A stretch of 64,000 nt of DNA from a virus. Positions 1 to 9,946 of this stretch are shown one piece after another (position 1 is the first letter of the stretch; each line of letters starts with the position of its first letter). Where the stretch lies: positions 7,999 to 71,998 of IMG/VR virus record IMGVR_UViG_3300025082_000005; one strand, written 5' to 3'. Both the position numbers and the translations under genes were made by a program. Under the pieces are notes generated by a model that did no database searches, was not told the origin of the DNA, and saw only the letters and a list, made by a program, of their open reading frames with translations.

Positions 1-16
1 CTTTGGGCATAAAGAG

Positions 17-712
17 TTGAAGATTAATTCAAAGGCTTTATTTGTTCTCTACAATGATGTAGATGAAGCTAAAGCCCAGGTGAAGAGTAGGAACTCTAAG
101 AAGAGAGCCTATAAGCACTTCAATGACATGGATAACCAAGAGATGATTGATACTCTGATGGTTATGGGAGAAAAGATAGTATCAACAGATCCAAGTATTG
201 TGGAAGCAATGATGGGTAGAATCGTTGATAAACGCTCTGGAGAATTCGTAGAGATCTTCGGTGATGAGGACTTCAAGATGAAGTTATTCATTACTAAGTG
301 CCTACACTACGATATTCTAAAGAGAGGCCAAGGAAAGACCCTTGAGGATATGAAGATGTCCTTTGGTAATGATGTTATCGGTATAGGTATTGATGAGGTT
401 ACTGAGTTCTTGAAGAAGAAAGCAAACCAAGATACCTACTTAGCATTAGCTAAACGAATTGAAATGGCCCAAGCTGCTGGTACTCTAGCAGGAACTCCGG
501 TTCTTTCTGGGTATGAAATAGAAGAGCAGATTAAAGCTCAACCAACTAGGAAACAGAAAACCGAACGTAAGGTAGTTTCTGTGGCCCAAACTGGGAAGAT
601 TCGTAAGGATCTTAAAGGTAAAGGCCATGAGAATGTCGTACAGAAGGGAGGCGTAAGCGAAGTTGTAGGCTCAGGCTTAGACTCTGCTGAATATGAAGAA
701 AGCGAAATGTAA
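17..712 (+). CDS. Conserved crAss-like late protein (position normally just downstream of the major capsid gene); probably 5'-truncated by the window
   Basis: 231-aa ORF whose frame is open back to the window edge; followed by ring and auxiliary capsid genes as in crAss-like gene order. Confidence 0.55.
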   Translation: MKINSKALFVLYNDVDEAKAQVKSRNSKKRAYKHFNDMDNQEMIDTLMVMGEKIVSTDPSIVEAMMGRIVDKRSGEFVEIFGDEDFKMKLFITKCLHYDILKRGQGKTLEDMKMSFGNDVIGIGIDEVTEFLKKKANQDTYLALAKRIEMAQAAGTLAGTPVLSGYEIEEQIKAQPTRKQKTERKVVSVAQTGKIRKDLKGKGHENVVQKGGVSEVVGSGLDSAEYEESEM

Positions 713-714
713 GA

Positions 715-1413
715 ATGTTAATACCTACAGCCCATATAGAATTTCTAATTACAGTAGATAAACAATCTACCTCTCAGGTGCCAGAGATGCCTGATGAAAT
801 GGTTGATTACTTCTTAAATGAAGCATATGGTCGATTTGTTAAGACGCGCTATGCGAAGAATAACATCTATAAAGCTGGGTTTGAAGAGATACAAAAGAGA
901 ACTGAGGATCTAAAGGGTTTAGTAGTAACAGAACTTGTTACTACTATTCCAGTTCCTTATGAACTAGATGAGACGGCCTTTCCAGCTGTTCAAGCAGTAT
1001 TGACAGATTTAACATTACCATATTGGTTCTACCTAAGAAGTAGGACTTTAGTTACAAGGGAATCATGTTCTGATAAATGGAAGAAACCTAAGCTTGTTCA
1101 ACAAGATGACTTGGAGACAGTGTTGGAAGACCCATTTAATAAACCAAGAACATATAGACCAGTGGTATACTTTGAGAATGGTAATATTCTCATAAGGACT
1201 GATGGAACTTTTACCGTACCTAGCGTTAAGCTAACGTATATAAAAGAACCTCTTCCAGTAAACCTTGGTACTTATGGAGGAGCAGTGCAAGAGTTTGAAA
1301 TCTCTGATCACACCCATAAGGAAATTGTACAGCTTGCTGCTGATATAGCTATAGAGAACATTGAGTCTCAAAGAATACAAACGCTTAAACAACAGCTTGC
1401 AACTATAGAATAG
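715..1413 (+). CDS. Head-tail connector/tail ring protein (crAss ring R3/R4-like)
   Basis: Motifs DYFLNEA, GFEEIQKRTEDL, DPFNKP, TYIKEP and HKEIVQLA resemble crAss ring proteins; synteny. Confidence 0.7.
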   Translation: MLIPTAHIEFLITVDKQSTSQVPEMPDEMVDYFLNEAYGRFVKTRYAKNNIYKAGFEEIQKRTEDLKGLVVTELVTTIPVPYELDETAFPAVQAVLTDLTLPYWFYLRSRTLVTRESCSDKWKKPKLVQQDDLETVLEDPFNKPRTYRPVVYFENGNILIRTDGTFTVPSVKLTYIKEPLPVNLGTYGGAVQEFEISDHTHKEIVQLAADIAIENIESQRIQTLKQQLATIE

Positions 1414-1486
1414 TATCAATGGAGCTACTTAGGTCTTCCTTCGCGCTCATGATTATAATTATTGTTAAATTTTAAATTACATAACA

Positions 1487-2848
1487 ATGTCTAGTACGTT
1501 AAATTACGTAAATACGGTACACATTGGAAGTGGTACCAACAGTGGCGCAGTAACCCTAGCTACAATTCAGCTAGGAGATATCTTGCTAGTGAATGCGAAG
1601 ACGATGGTTCCTATTACTCAAGCAACAGTAGGAGCACTTACTAAGAACGATTCCGTTTTCATTGCATCAGGTGTTGGGGGTGTTGGGGAGTTTCATCTCT
1701 CAGATGCCATTAAGGGGGACTTAGTTACTCAATATGGAGGAACTACTTTCGCTGCCCGAGCAAACCAAAGATCTTATGTTGGCTTCAATGAAGTAACAGC
1801 TGCAGGAACTCTTCCTATCTCTGCTGAGGCTGAGTATCGCTTTACAATTGTGATCAAGGATAACCAAAGAGTTCATGGGCAGAAACAAACCAGAGAGCTT
1901 TACAACTACGAAGCTGGGCTTACGCCTACTGCCAACCAAGCAGCCTTTGCTATGGCATCCTTATTTGGGATTAGAAGCATGAATGGTAACTACAAACAAT
2001 TCAACGGAAGGTTCGTTGATATGGAAGTAGTTAGTGATGCTGCTTCTCAAGGTGTTAGTGATAATGCTGTAGATGTTACTTACGGTTCTAAAAGGATTAC
2101 ATATACAACTGCTGCCGAGTATGGCGCAGGGGCTTATACTGTTGCAGTAGGAGACTACTTAACTTTCGACAATGCAGATGGTACTAAAGGCGATTACCTT
2201 GTACAAGCTGTAGATGGTTTGATTGTTACATTGGACCAACCGTACAATGGAGCAACTAAAACGGTTGCTGCTGGAGATTCTGATTATTACCTAGAAGCGC
2301 AAGCAGTTGCTGCTAACTACGGTTTCAGAATCGATTCACAAACTGTGACTTGGAATAACATCGACACGGATGAAATCGTTGCCTTCGATGCTTCTTATTT
2401 CGATATCTCAGATACAGATATTTCTACTCCTGTTGAAGGGGCTGCACCGTATGCAAGAACAGTTGCACCATTTGGGGGCGCTGGGCATTTCCGTCAAGTG
2501 TATGATCTAGAGTACTTTGCTCAGGGAAATATTGGTGTGAATTCCAGAATGAGATGGTATGATAGTCTTGCTTTGAATCCTGCTGCTTTGACAGATGTAA
2601 CTGGAGCTACTAGCTACAACATGTTGTCGATCACTTTCGATAAGTCGAAACTGGGGAACTTCCAAAGCAAAGATAATCATCCTTGCGCTGTGAATATCGC
2701 TATTCCAAACATTGCTCCAGGTGGAGCGTCTGTTACGGGTAACCAAGAGCACACCGCTGCTGCTGGTACAACCGTGTTAAACCTTGCGTATATCCTTAAC
2801 CAATACTTCGCAACAACCCTTGGGTTTGTGGCCGTAGACTTCGGATAA
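1487..2848 (+). CDS. Abundant structural protein, probable auxiliary capsid protein
   Basis: 453 aa, rich in Ala/Gly/Thr and beta strands; AT-rich leader; followed by a terminator; lies between ring genes as the crAss auxiliary capsid gene does. Confidence 0.6.
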   Translation: MSSTLNYVNTVHIGSGTNSGAVTLATIQLGDILLVNAKTMVPITQATVGALTKNDSVFIASGVGGVGEFHLSDAIKGDLVTQYGGTTFAARANQRSYVGFNEVTAAGTLPISAEAEYRFTIVIKDNQRVHGQKQTRELYNYEAGLTPTANQAAFAMASLFGIRSMNGNYKQFNGRFVDMEVVSDAASQGVSDNAVDVTYGSKRITYTTAAEYGAGAYTVAVGDYLTFDNADGTKGDYLVQAVDGLIVTLDQPYNGATKTVAAGDSDYYLEAQAVAANYGFRIDSQTVTWNNIDTDEIVAFDASYFDISDTDISTPVEGAAPYARTVAPFGGAGHFRQVYDLEYFAQGNIGVNSRMRWYDSLALNPAALTDVTGATSYNMLSITFDKSKLGNFQSKDNHPCAVNIAIPNIAPGGASVTGNQEHTAAAGTTVLNLAYILNQYFATTLGFVAVDFG

Positions 2849-2880
2849 GACCAGGTTTAAATATTGATTAATTATTAAGG

Positions 2881-2912
2881 AAGGCGAAGGGTTGTTACTC
2901 TTCGTCTTTTTT
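2881..2912 (+). terminator. Intrinsic terminator
   Basis: AAGGCGAAGGGT-TGTT-ACTCTTCGTCTT stem-loop running into a T-tract, after the auxiliary capsid gene. Confidence 0.75.
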
Positions 2913-2922
2913 CGTATTATTA
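2910..2922 (+). promoter_or_regulatory. Putative late promoter element TTTCGTATTATTA (copy 1)
   Basis: Identical 13-mer at 34842; both copies are intergenic and upstream of an ATG; resembles the Bacteroidota -7 box TAnnTTTG. Confidence 0.5.
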
Positions 2923-2930
2923 GGGTCACT

Positions 2931-3617
2931 ATGCTACAGAGCGAACTTATATTTAACGTAAAGAATCTAAGGGCTGGAGGAATCCAATCCGACGATGAGA
3001 ATCTGTCTGATCATCAAATTGCCTTCATAATTAACTACTATAGGGCGAAGTTGATGAGGCAAGAGGCGATGAAGCACAAACATGTGGATCGCCAAGATAT
3101 TCAAGATTTGGGGAAGGTTAACTTGATTTCAGTTGATCCCCATGAATGTGATTGTCCTTCTGATGGTTGCGTGTTAAGAACCGAATTACCTATTCCAGAT
3201 ACATTAGAGCTTGGTGGTGGGAAATCTCACGCCTTTACTTTCGTAGGAGCTTATGGTGGTACTGCTTGGCAAGAAACCACTTGGCAACGTGCGCCTTGGG
3301 ACTCTTATGCTAAATATACAGGAAAGCAGACTAAGTGGTTGATAAAGGGTCGATACATTTACATACTTAATCCTCCAACAGCTGAGATGTCTTATATGAA
3401 CATCCAAGGCTTATTCGAGGTACCAAAAGAAGCAGAGGAATTCAGAACTTGTGATTGTCCGGATAACGATGCTGATTGTAATGATGGTTTCGACTTTGAG
3501 TATCCAATGTCCTTACATTTAGTGGATACATTAATGAAGTTAATAATGGAGAATGAGGTTAGATGGAGTGCCCTCATTCCAATAGATACAACTAATGATA
3601 GTTTAGATAGTAATTAA
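2931..3617 (+). CDS. Tail ring protein (crAss ring R2-like)
   Basis: ATG at 2931 (MLQSEL...) preferred over the 2892 start, which lies inside the terminator; motifs QIAFIINYYRAKL, GRYIYI, GLFEVP, FEYPM and DTTND. Confidence 0.7.
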   Translation: MLQSELIFNVKNLRAGGIQSDDENLSDHQIAFIINYYRAKLMRQEAMKHKHVDRQDIQDLGKVNLISVDPHECDCPSDGCVLRTELPIPDTLELGGGKSHAFTFVGAYGGTAWQETTWQRAPWDSYAKYTGKQTKWLIKGRYIYILNPPTAEMSYMNIQGLFEVPKEAEEFRTCDCPDNDADCNDGFDFEYPMSLHLVDTLMKLIMENEVRWSALIPIDTTNDSLDSN

Positions 3618-3618
3618 T

Positions 3619-4164
3619 ATGGCTGAAGTTAGCAAGGGAGTAAGTTATACGCATGCTTACAAGTTTTACAAAGCACAATGCGAAATGATAGATGAGAAAG
3701 CGTTGGATGAGCGCGCATTTAAACAAGTTTGTTATGCTTTTAATAAAGCAGCAGTAGCGAATGCAATAGAGGGCTTTCATACACAGTTTCCACATAAGAT
3801 GGGCTTTTTGCGTGTAGTACGAAAGAAACCCGAGGTAGAAAGGTTAGCTGTTGATTTCCAAGCAACAAAGGAACTAGGAAAGACAATCTTCCATGATAAT
3901 AAACATAGTGATGGTTGGTATGGGGAATGGAGTTGGGGTAAGATGAATATACTTACTCCCAATATGCTTCATTACTCCTTTAAGCCTACTAGAGCACTTA
4001 AGAAATTGATAACAAAGGCTTTCAGAAAAGAAGGTAATTACTATAAACGATATATGCCTTTAAAGATACGTAAAGAGCCTTGGAAAACACAGAAAGAGAT
4101 AAAAGCTGCTCGTACAGCTCCGATGATTAAGCCACCAAATTCTAACTGTACTTATGATTTATAA
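3619..4164 (+). CDS. IHF/HU-like DNA-binding protein
   Basis: HU/IHF-like pattern (IEGFHTQFPHKMGFLRVVR...YSFKPTRALKKLI); sits before the ring and muzzle genes as in crAss-like phages; basic C-terminal extension. Confidence 0.7.
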   Translation: MAEVSKGVSYTHAYKFYKAQCEMIDEKALDERAFKQVCYAFNKAAVANAIEGFHTQFPHKMGFLRVVRKKPEVERLAVDFQATKELGKTIFHDNKHSDGWYGEWSWGKMNILTPNMLHYSFKPTRALKKLITKAFRKEGNYYKRYMPLKIRKEPWKTQKEIKAARTAPMIKPPNSNCTYDL

Positions 4165-5041
4165 ATTAACAACTATTCACCAGATAATAGGCAAGGTAGT
4201 TCGTGATCTTGATCTGAGTGATAAGGAGGTACCTTGGCAGGACATGATTGAATGGATAGCTGAGGGTTTAGAACACATAGGCTCTTACTATCAATTTGCA
4301 GAGAAGGAAGCTATTATTGTTATTGAGGACCATAAAGGAGTATTACCTTGTGATTTCCACAAATCAATTAAGTTTCTCCAAGGTTGTGATGTAGGCGGTT
4401 TAGCTAACAGTGTTCCTCTTTGGGGCCTGTTAAATAATGCTTTAGATTGTTGTGATTGGCGTACTACTAATCCAGAGGGAACGGTGGAAGAAGGAGACTG
4501 CATGCAGATAGTGGATGCTTTGTCTTTCCAGAAGCTTCAATTGGCACAACATAGCCAGGCAACCTATGCTACTAGTTTCTATAACCATCTTCCAAATTCG
4601 CAGAATTTAATGGATCAAGGCCTTACTTATAGTGGAGCCAATGGAAATGCTTATAGGGTAAACTTTGATACAGTTACTGCTGCCTTTAGGTATGGTTTCA
4701 TCTCCTTGAGATACTTAGCTATACCTGTAGATACTGTAGGGTATCCACTTGTTCCAGATGATGTATCTTTTCGAGATGCTTTGATGTGGAAGTGTGCTTA
4801 TCAGTTATCTTTACGTGGGCATCAATTTAAGAACCCACAATTACAAGACTTCGAGACTTGTAAGTTCTATTGGAACCAATATTGTATACAAGCAAGAGCA
4901 GAGGCTAATGCCCCTGATCCAGATCAAATGGAAAGACTTGCACGTATATTCAATACATTGTCTGTAGATTATCATCAATACTATGATGATTTCAGAAACC
5001 TCGGAGCCCCCGAGCATTTAAACTTTGATGGAATTTCATAA
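4154..5041 (+). CDS. Tail tubular/ring protein (crAss ring R1, P22 gp4-like position)
   Basis: Motifs MIEWIAEGL, LPCDF and YLAIPVDTVGYPLVPD; immediately upstream of the muzzle gene. Confidence 0.75.
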   Translation: MIYKLTTIHQIIGKVVRDLDLSDKEVPWQDMIEWIAEGLEHIGSYYQFAEKEAIIVIEDHKGVLPCDFHKSIKFLQGCDVGGLANSVPLWGLLNNALDCCDWRTTNPEGTVEEGDCMQIVDALSFQKLQLAQHSQATYATSFYNHLPNSQNLMDQGLTYSGANGNAYRVNFDTVTAAFRYGFISLRYLAIPVDTVGYPLVPDDVSFRDALMWKCAYQLSLRGHQFKNPQLQDFETCKFYWNQYCIQARAEANAPDPDQMERLARIFNTLSVDYHQYYDDFRNLGAPEHLNFDGIS

Positions 5042-8000
5042 TGAAAGAGGAAGTACGGTCATTTCTTGGTGGAGTCAACAAGGACTCCAATGCTTTAGTA
5101 CAACCTAAGGATACATACAGACAAGCTTGGAATCTTGTACAGATCTCCAATGAAGGTAATGTATACGCTTTGGTGAATGAAGAAGGCACAGTACAGACTA
5201 CTACAGTCTTTCCTGATGGCTTTCATGTCATAGGTAAATTTGTATTAGATACTGACCTTATTGTCGTATTGGCTCATCCGTCTGGATACTCACAGGTAGG
5301 CATTGTAGATGCTACAGGGCTGTATGAACGTAAGGTACCAAACCCTAACGATGGGGCTCCTGGTGATGTTAATTCGGAACTAGGCTTGAATATCGATAAC
5401 CCTGTAGACCTAATAGCTAGGAAACGATTAGCAGGAGATCGAATTGTATACTTCTGTGATGGACCTAATGGAAGACCTATGGGCTCTTTGAACCTAGATA
5501 ATCCACCACCTTTAGGAGATATAAGCGATAATTCAAAGGTTATCCCTGATCAGAACCTTACTCAAATTGACCTATTGGAGGTTCAAGAAGTTTCTGGAAA
5601 CCTACGAAATGGGATGTACCGTTTCGTAACAAGATATTATACAGCCGACCTTACTCCTACTTCCTTGGGTATTCCTTCTAATGGGGTCCCTATAGTTGAA
5701 GATACTCGTTCAGAGGGCAGAGACAAGTTCGATGGGGAATACCCAGACTTTGGTGCTGTGAACAAATCGATAGCCTTAACGGTAAGTAACATCGATACTT
5801 CATATCCTTTCATGTCTTTGATTGTGATTAGGTATGAGAATATAACAAACACCCTTACTGTAGAGGAGCAACCGCTTATCAATATTACAGGGGATAACAT
5901 GGTAGTCAATTATTCCGGCGATGAGACTGAGGTTACGCCGTTGACACAGGAGGAATTACAAGAGATTTCCATTTCCTACAACACAGCTAAGTGTGTGACA
6001 CAGAAGGATAATATAGCTTTCTGGTCCAACTTAACGGATAGTACTAATACGTTTGATGCAGAATTACAAGAGGTAGCTAATGACATTAAAGTAGAATGGG
6101 TAGTAAAGGAGGTAGACTATGCTCCTTCTGATGCTATAACTACTTTAGATGTCTTCGAGTTACAAAGCCTTCCATATGTATTGGAGAATGATGCTACCAT
6201 GATCTTTGAGTACATAGTATTACGCTTTACTCGTTCGATCAACTTTCCGATCTCTTCGGATGTAAATAACTATACCTTTCATAGTAGAGGGGACAATGCT
6301 AGTGCTACCATACAGATAACAAGCCCAGGAGATTTCCATGATGGCTTGGTTGGTGATACTATCCTTATCGATACTGTTACCTTTGTAGCTGTTCAAGCTG
6401 CTCCAGCGTTGCCAGAAGAATTTGATGTTACATCAGCCGATACTCTTACAATCTTAGCTAATTTAAATACAGCTATAAACAATCACCCTACACTTGCTGG
6501 TGTTGTATCTTCTGGTACAGATGGTATAGATACCATTACATTAGTAGCAGATGTAGTGGGAGTTGGCGGTAATAGCATAGCCTTAACTTATACAGATATT
6601 ACAGGCGTGGCTTCAGTAGTTACTGTAGGCTTCGCTGGGGGTGCTGCCTCTGTTGCGTATACTCCAGATGATGTTGTATTGCCAGCAGGAACTGATACAG
6701 ATCTTATTTACTTGCTGTTCAATGATGCACAATTTGGTGGTACTGGTAGTGGTATACCTCCAGGAGGTACATTAGACATAGCTGGTGTTCAAGATAATAC
6801 AGGACAAGTCTTTGCTGATACAGGGGTAGAGGTAAGTTCAAGCTCTACTGGAGGGGCTGCAGATGCTGCTATTGCCCTTGGTGAATTTACCGATTATAAA
6901 GCAGAGGCTATGACCTTCTATTTCAAAGGATACAGAAGGCAAGAAGTGTACTCCTTAGGTATGTTGGTTAATTTTACAGATGGTGCTCCCTCTTTTAATT
7001 ACCATATTCCAGGTAATGATAAGTCAACTGTAGCAACTACAGAGGCGGTTAGAGATGCAGCATTTCCTGACTACCATGATGAAACTTATGGACTTACAGG
7101 TACTTATGTATCTGCTACAGATAATCCAACAAATCAACTATATCCAGGGCCTGATCCTGGGGATGATAACCTATGCTATGACTCTGTTCTCGAAACAGAT
7201 GTTATACCAGCTAATAGGAAGACTAGACATCATAAGATGCCTACACTACAATTGGAGCCTCACTTTAGAGTTGATCCAACTACAGGTATTACCAAGATAC
7301 GTATCCTAGGACTTAAGTTTACCTTTAATACGCCTATGTCGGCAGGCCTTAGGGCTAATATTCAATCTATTACATTCACTAGAGAGCGTAGAGATACGGC
7401 CCAGAATCGTAGTATATGGGCGCAAGGGTTAGTAACAAGGTATGTAAATCTCTTTAGAACCTTCCCATACAAATGGGATTATGATCCATTGGAGGAAGCT
7501 AGTGATGGAAGATGGCGTAAGATGCCTTTCTATAACAACACCTTCATCAATAATCAAACTACAGATGAAGCCAAGGGGACAGCTATTATTAATGTGGCCG
7601 TAGGAACAGCTCCATCTATTGCTTATGAAGTGGCAGACGACCCTGCAGTAGACGATGGTACAACTGGAGCCAGTAATACACGTATGGCCTTCTTCTCTCC
7701 AGATACGCAATTAGGTGTGTTTAATCCTAACTCTGCTGAAGGGACTAAACTGGTTCCACAGATGCGACTGAATGGTACTTACATTTCTGGAGGAGAAATT
7801 AAACCTTCTCATAACTCAGAGGATGCCTTTGGTAGTGACTTGGTAGCTTCTACTACTACTACTAGATTGTATAAGTATATGCAAATCTGGACTATCGTAG
7901 ATTATACTAACTTCGAAGGGCTCGCCAATGGGGGCTCCTCTGATCCTGCGTTGAACCCAGCAATTGCTGAAGCTCGATATATACCTAAGGGAGCAGAGGT

Positions 8001-9945
8001 ACGGATATCAGACTTGATCCACAAGATCGACAACTCAACTAGTTCAAGACACTTATATATTAGAACAGCTGCAGCTCCTACCTTTGGTGTAGATTTCGCA
8101 GCAAAGCAACAGGTTAATTTCAAGGCAGAGATGTCAGCAGGGTTTAACTGGTTCTTCGATGATGGAAGTTATAGCAATGATGATAACTTCAGTGAAGGAA
8201 ACGTACACAATCATCTATTTAGTATGATTGCGGAAAACCTTAATCAATATGGTTCTCTTTCTGGCTCTGTCTATATTCCTATAGCTACAACTAGAAACCT
8301 TCCCGCGTTTGCGGGGGCGGTACCAGAACCTGAGATATTTGAAGGAGATACGTTCATATCCAAATTCGCATATCGAAACGTAGATGTAATTCCTTACAAA
8401 GGGCTACTGTCTTCTGTAGGAGGAGATATTATCACAAAGGTTAATACTGGAAATGGCTATTCTCAAGAGGATGCTACACAGCATGATGACTCTCCTATAC
8501 GAGGAATGAATTTCAAAGCGATCGGGTATTTCTTTGTAGAGTCTGGTATCAACTGTGAATACAGACACCAATATACAGATCGATCTGATCCTTTAGCAGA
8601 GATTCAAGAAGTTCCATACTTTCCAAAGGTGGACGCATATACAGCCTTGCAACAGCAAGCACAAGAAGGAGACTCCAAAGGGTATAACCTACAGTACTCC
8701 TTCGACAATGATTCCAAGACCTATTCTAACAAATCGGCTGCTCAAGTAACTGTAGGTGTATTTGAGAATAGGACTATATACTCTCAATCAGCTTTAGAGG
8801 ATGAAATACTTGATTCCTATAGAATCTACGCTCAGAACAATTTCTATGATATGCCTAAGCATACTGGTCCCATTTGGGATAACTTTGTGTATGCGAATAC
8901 TTTATATTTACACACACCTAAGTCTCTATGGAGGGCTTATGTTAATGATGCAACAATGCAGGCTACTTCTATTGGAGAGGTAGTACAAGGTACAGGAGGT
9001 TTATTCTCCATCCCGGCTAAGGAAGTAATAGTAAGTACTGGTGGTTACGCTGGCAGTATTTCCCAATTTGCTGGTGTCTTAACGCCTGTAGGTTACTTCT
9101 TTCCAGATGTATTACAAGGTAGGATATTCATGTTGGGCGGTGAACAACTTCGGGAAGTCTCTAATCGAGGTATGCAGAAGTACTTCGAGAACAACATGGC
9201 AGAGGGTTTAACTAATGGTTCCGACTACATAGATAATCCGTATACTGGTGTAGGCATCACAGGCGCTTATGATTTCAACAAACGTAGATATATTCTAGTA
9301 AAGAGAGGTACTACAAACGATTTCACATGGAGTTTCAGTTCCCTCACAGAGAAATGGATATCACAGCATAACTATTCTCCGAACCTACTCTTCTCCCAGA
9401 ATAATAAACTCTTGTCAATAGAAAACGCTACAGGGGCGAACGCAACTCTCCATGAACATAATGTGGGAGATTATGGTACATACTATGGAACTACATATGC
9501 TTCCTCTCTCCAGATGGTCTTCAATGAAGGCGCAGGCATAGAGAAGACGTATGATAATATGTTGCTCCATACCAAATCCTTAAACGGAGATACTGTAGTA
9601 CAATTTGATACTTGGGATACTTTACGTGTCCATACTGATACTAGGAACACGGCTACACATACAGTTGTGCCTACCAATGCCTATGGCACTAAAGCTGTAG
9701 ATGGTACGTTACAAGAGATACGTGCCACCAGAGTAAAGAATAAATATGCAATTGCCATCCCTGGAGATGCTGTAGTTGATGAATCATTGAGTATCTTTGA
9801 TGTAGGTAACCTAGATAGTGCTCGGCCTTATAAGCCAAGAATTAAAGGAGACCACGCAACAGTAGACTTAGTGTACAACAACACAGATAATTACAAATTT
9901 ATTATTAATTTTATATCCTGTCTATTTAGACCAAACGCTTCATAA
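5041..9945 (+). CDS. Muzzle/tail stabilization protein (P22 gp10-like)
   Basis: 1634 aa; N-terminal FLGGVNKD...YRQAWN; KGYRRQEVYSLG; C-terminal EKTYDN and RIKGDH patterns typical of crAss muzzle proteins. Confidence 0.8.
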   Translation: MKEEVRSFLGGVNKDSNALVQPKDTYRQAWNLVQISNEGNVYALVNEEGTVQTTTVFPDGFHVIGKFVLDTDLIVVLAHPSGYSQVGIVDATGLYERKVPNPNDGAPGDVNSELGLNIDNPVDLIARKRLAGDRIVYFCDGPNGRPMGSLNLDNPPPLGDISDNSKVIPDQNLTQIDLLEVQEVSGNLRNGMYRFVTRYYTADLTPTSLGIPSNGVPIVEDTRSEGRDKFDGEYPDFGAVNKSIALTVSNIDTSYPFMSLIVIRYENITNTLTVEEQPLINITGDNMVVNYSGDETEVTPLTQEELQEISISYNTAKCVTQKDNIAFWSNLTDSTNTFDAELQEVANDIKVEWVVKEVDYAPSDAITTLDVFELQSLPYVLENDATMIFEYIVLRFTRSINFPISSDVNNYTFHSRGDNASATIQITSPGDFHDGLVGDTILIDTVTFVAVQAAPALPEEFDVTSADTLTILANLNTAINNHPTLAGVVSSGTDGIDTITLVADVVGVGGNSIALTYTDITGVASVVTVGFAGGAASVAYTPDDVVLPAGTDTDLIYLLFNDAQFGGTGSGIPPGGTLDIAGVQDNTGQVFADTGVEVSSSSTGGAADAAIALGEFTDYKAEAMTFYFKGYRRQEVYSLGMLVNFTDGAPSFNYHIPGNDKSTVATTEAVRDAAFPDYHDETYGLTGTYVSATDNPTNQLYPGPDPGDDNLCYDSVLETDVIPANRKTRHHKMPTLQLEPHFRVDPTTGITKIRILGLKFTFNTPMSAGLRANIQSITFTRERRDTAQNRSIWAQGLVTRYVNLFRTFPYKWDYDPLEEASDGRWRKMPFYNNTFINNQTTDEAKGTAIINVAVGTAPSIAYEVADDPAVDDGTTGASNTRMAFFSPDTQLGVFNPNSAEGTKLVPQMRLNGTYISGGEIKPSHNSEDAFGSDLVASTTTTRLYKYMQIWTIVDYTNFEGLANGGSSDPALNPAIAEARYIPKGAEVRISDLIHKIDNSTSSRHLYIRTAAAPTFGVDFAAKQQVNFKAEMSAGFNWFFDDGSYSNDDNFSEGNVHNHLFSMIAENLNQYGSLSGSVYIPIATTRNLPAFAGAVPEPEIFEGDTFISKFAYRNVDVIPYKGLLSSVGGDIITKVNTGNGYSQEDATQHDDSPIRGMNFKAIGYFFVESGINCEYRHQYTDRSDPLAEIQEVPYFPKVDAYTALQQQAQEGDSKGYNLQYSFDNDSKTYSNKSAAQVTVGVFENRTIYSQSALEDEILDSYRIYAQNNFYDMPKHTGPIWDNFVYANTLYLHTPKSLWRAYVNDATMQATSIGEVVQGTGGLFSIPAKEVIVSTGGYAGSISQFAGVLTPVGYFFPDVLQGRIFMLGGEQLREVSNRGMQKYFENNMAEGLTNGSDYIDNPYTGVGITGAYDFNKRRYILVKRGTTNDFTWSFSSLTEKWISQHNYSPNLLFSQNNKLLSIENATGANATLHEHNVGDYGTYYGTTYASSLQMVFNEGAGIEKTYDNMLLHTKSLNGDTVVQFDTWDTLRVHTDTRNTATHTVVPTNAYGTKAVDGTLQEIRATRVKNKYAIAIPGDAVVDESLSIFDVGNLDSARPYKPRIKGDHATVDLVYNNTDNYKFIINFISCLFRPNAS

Positions 9946-9946
9946 T

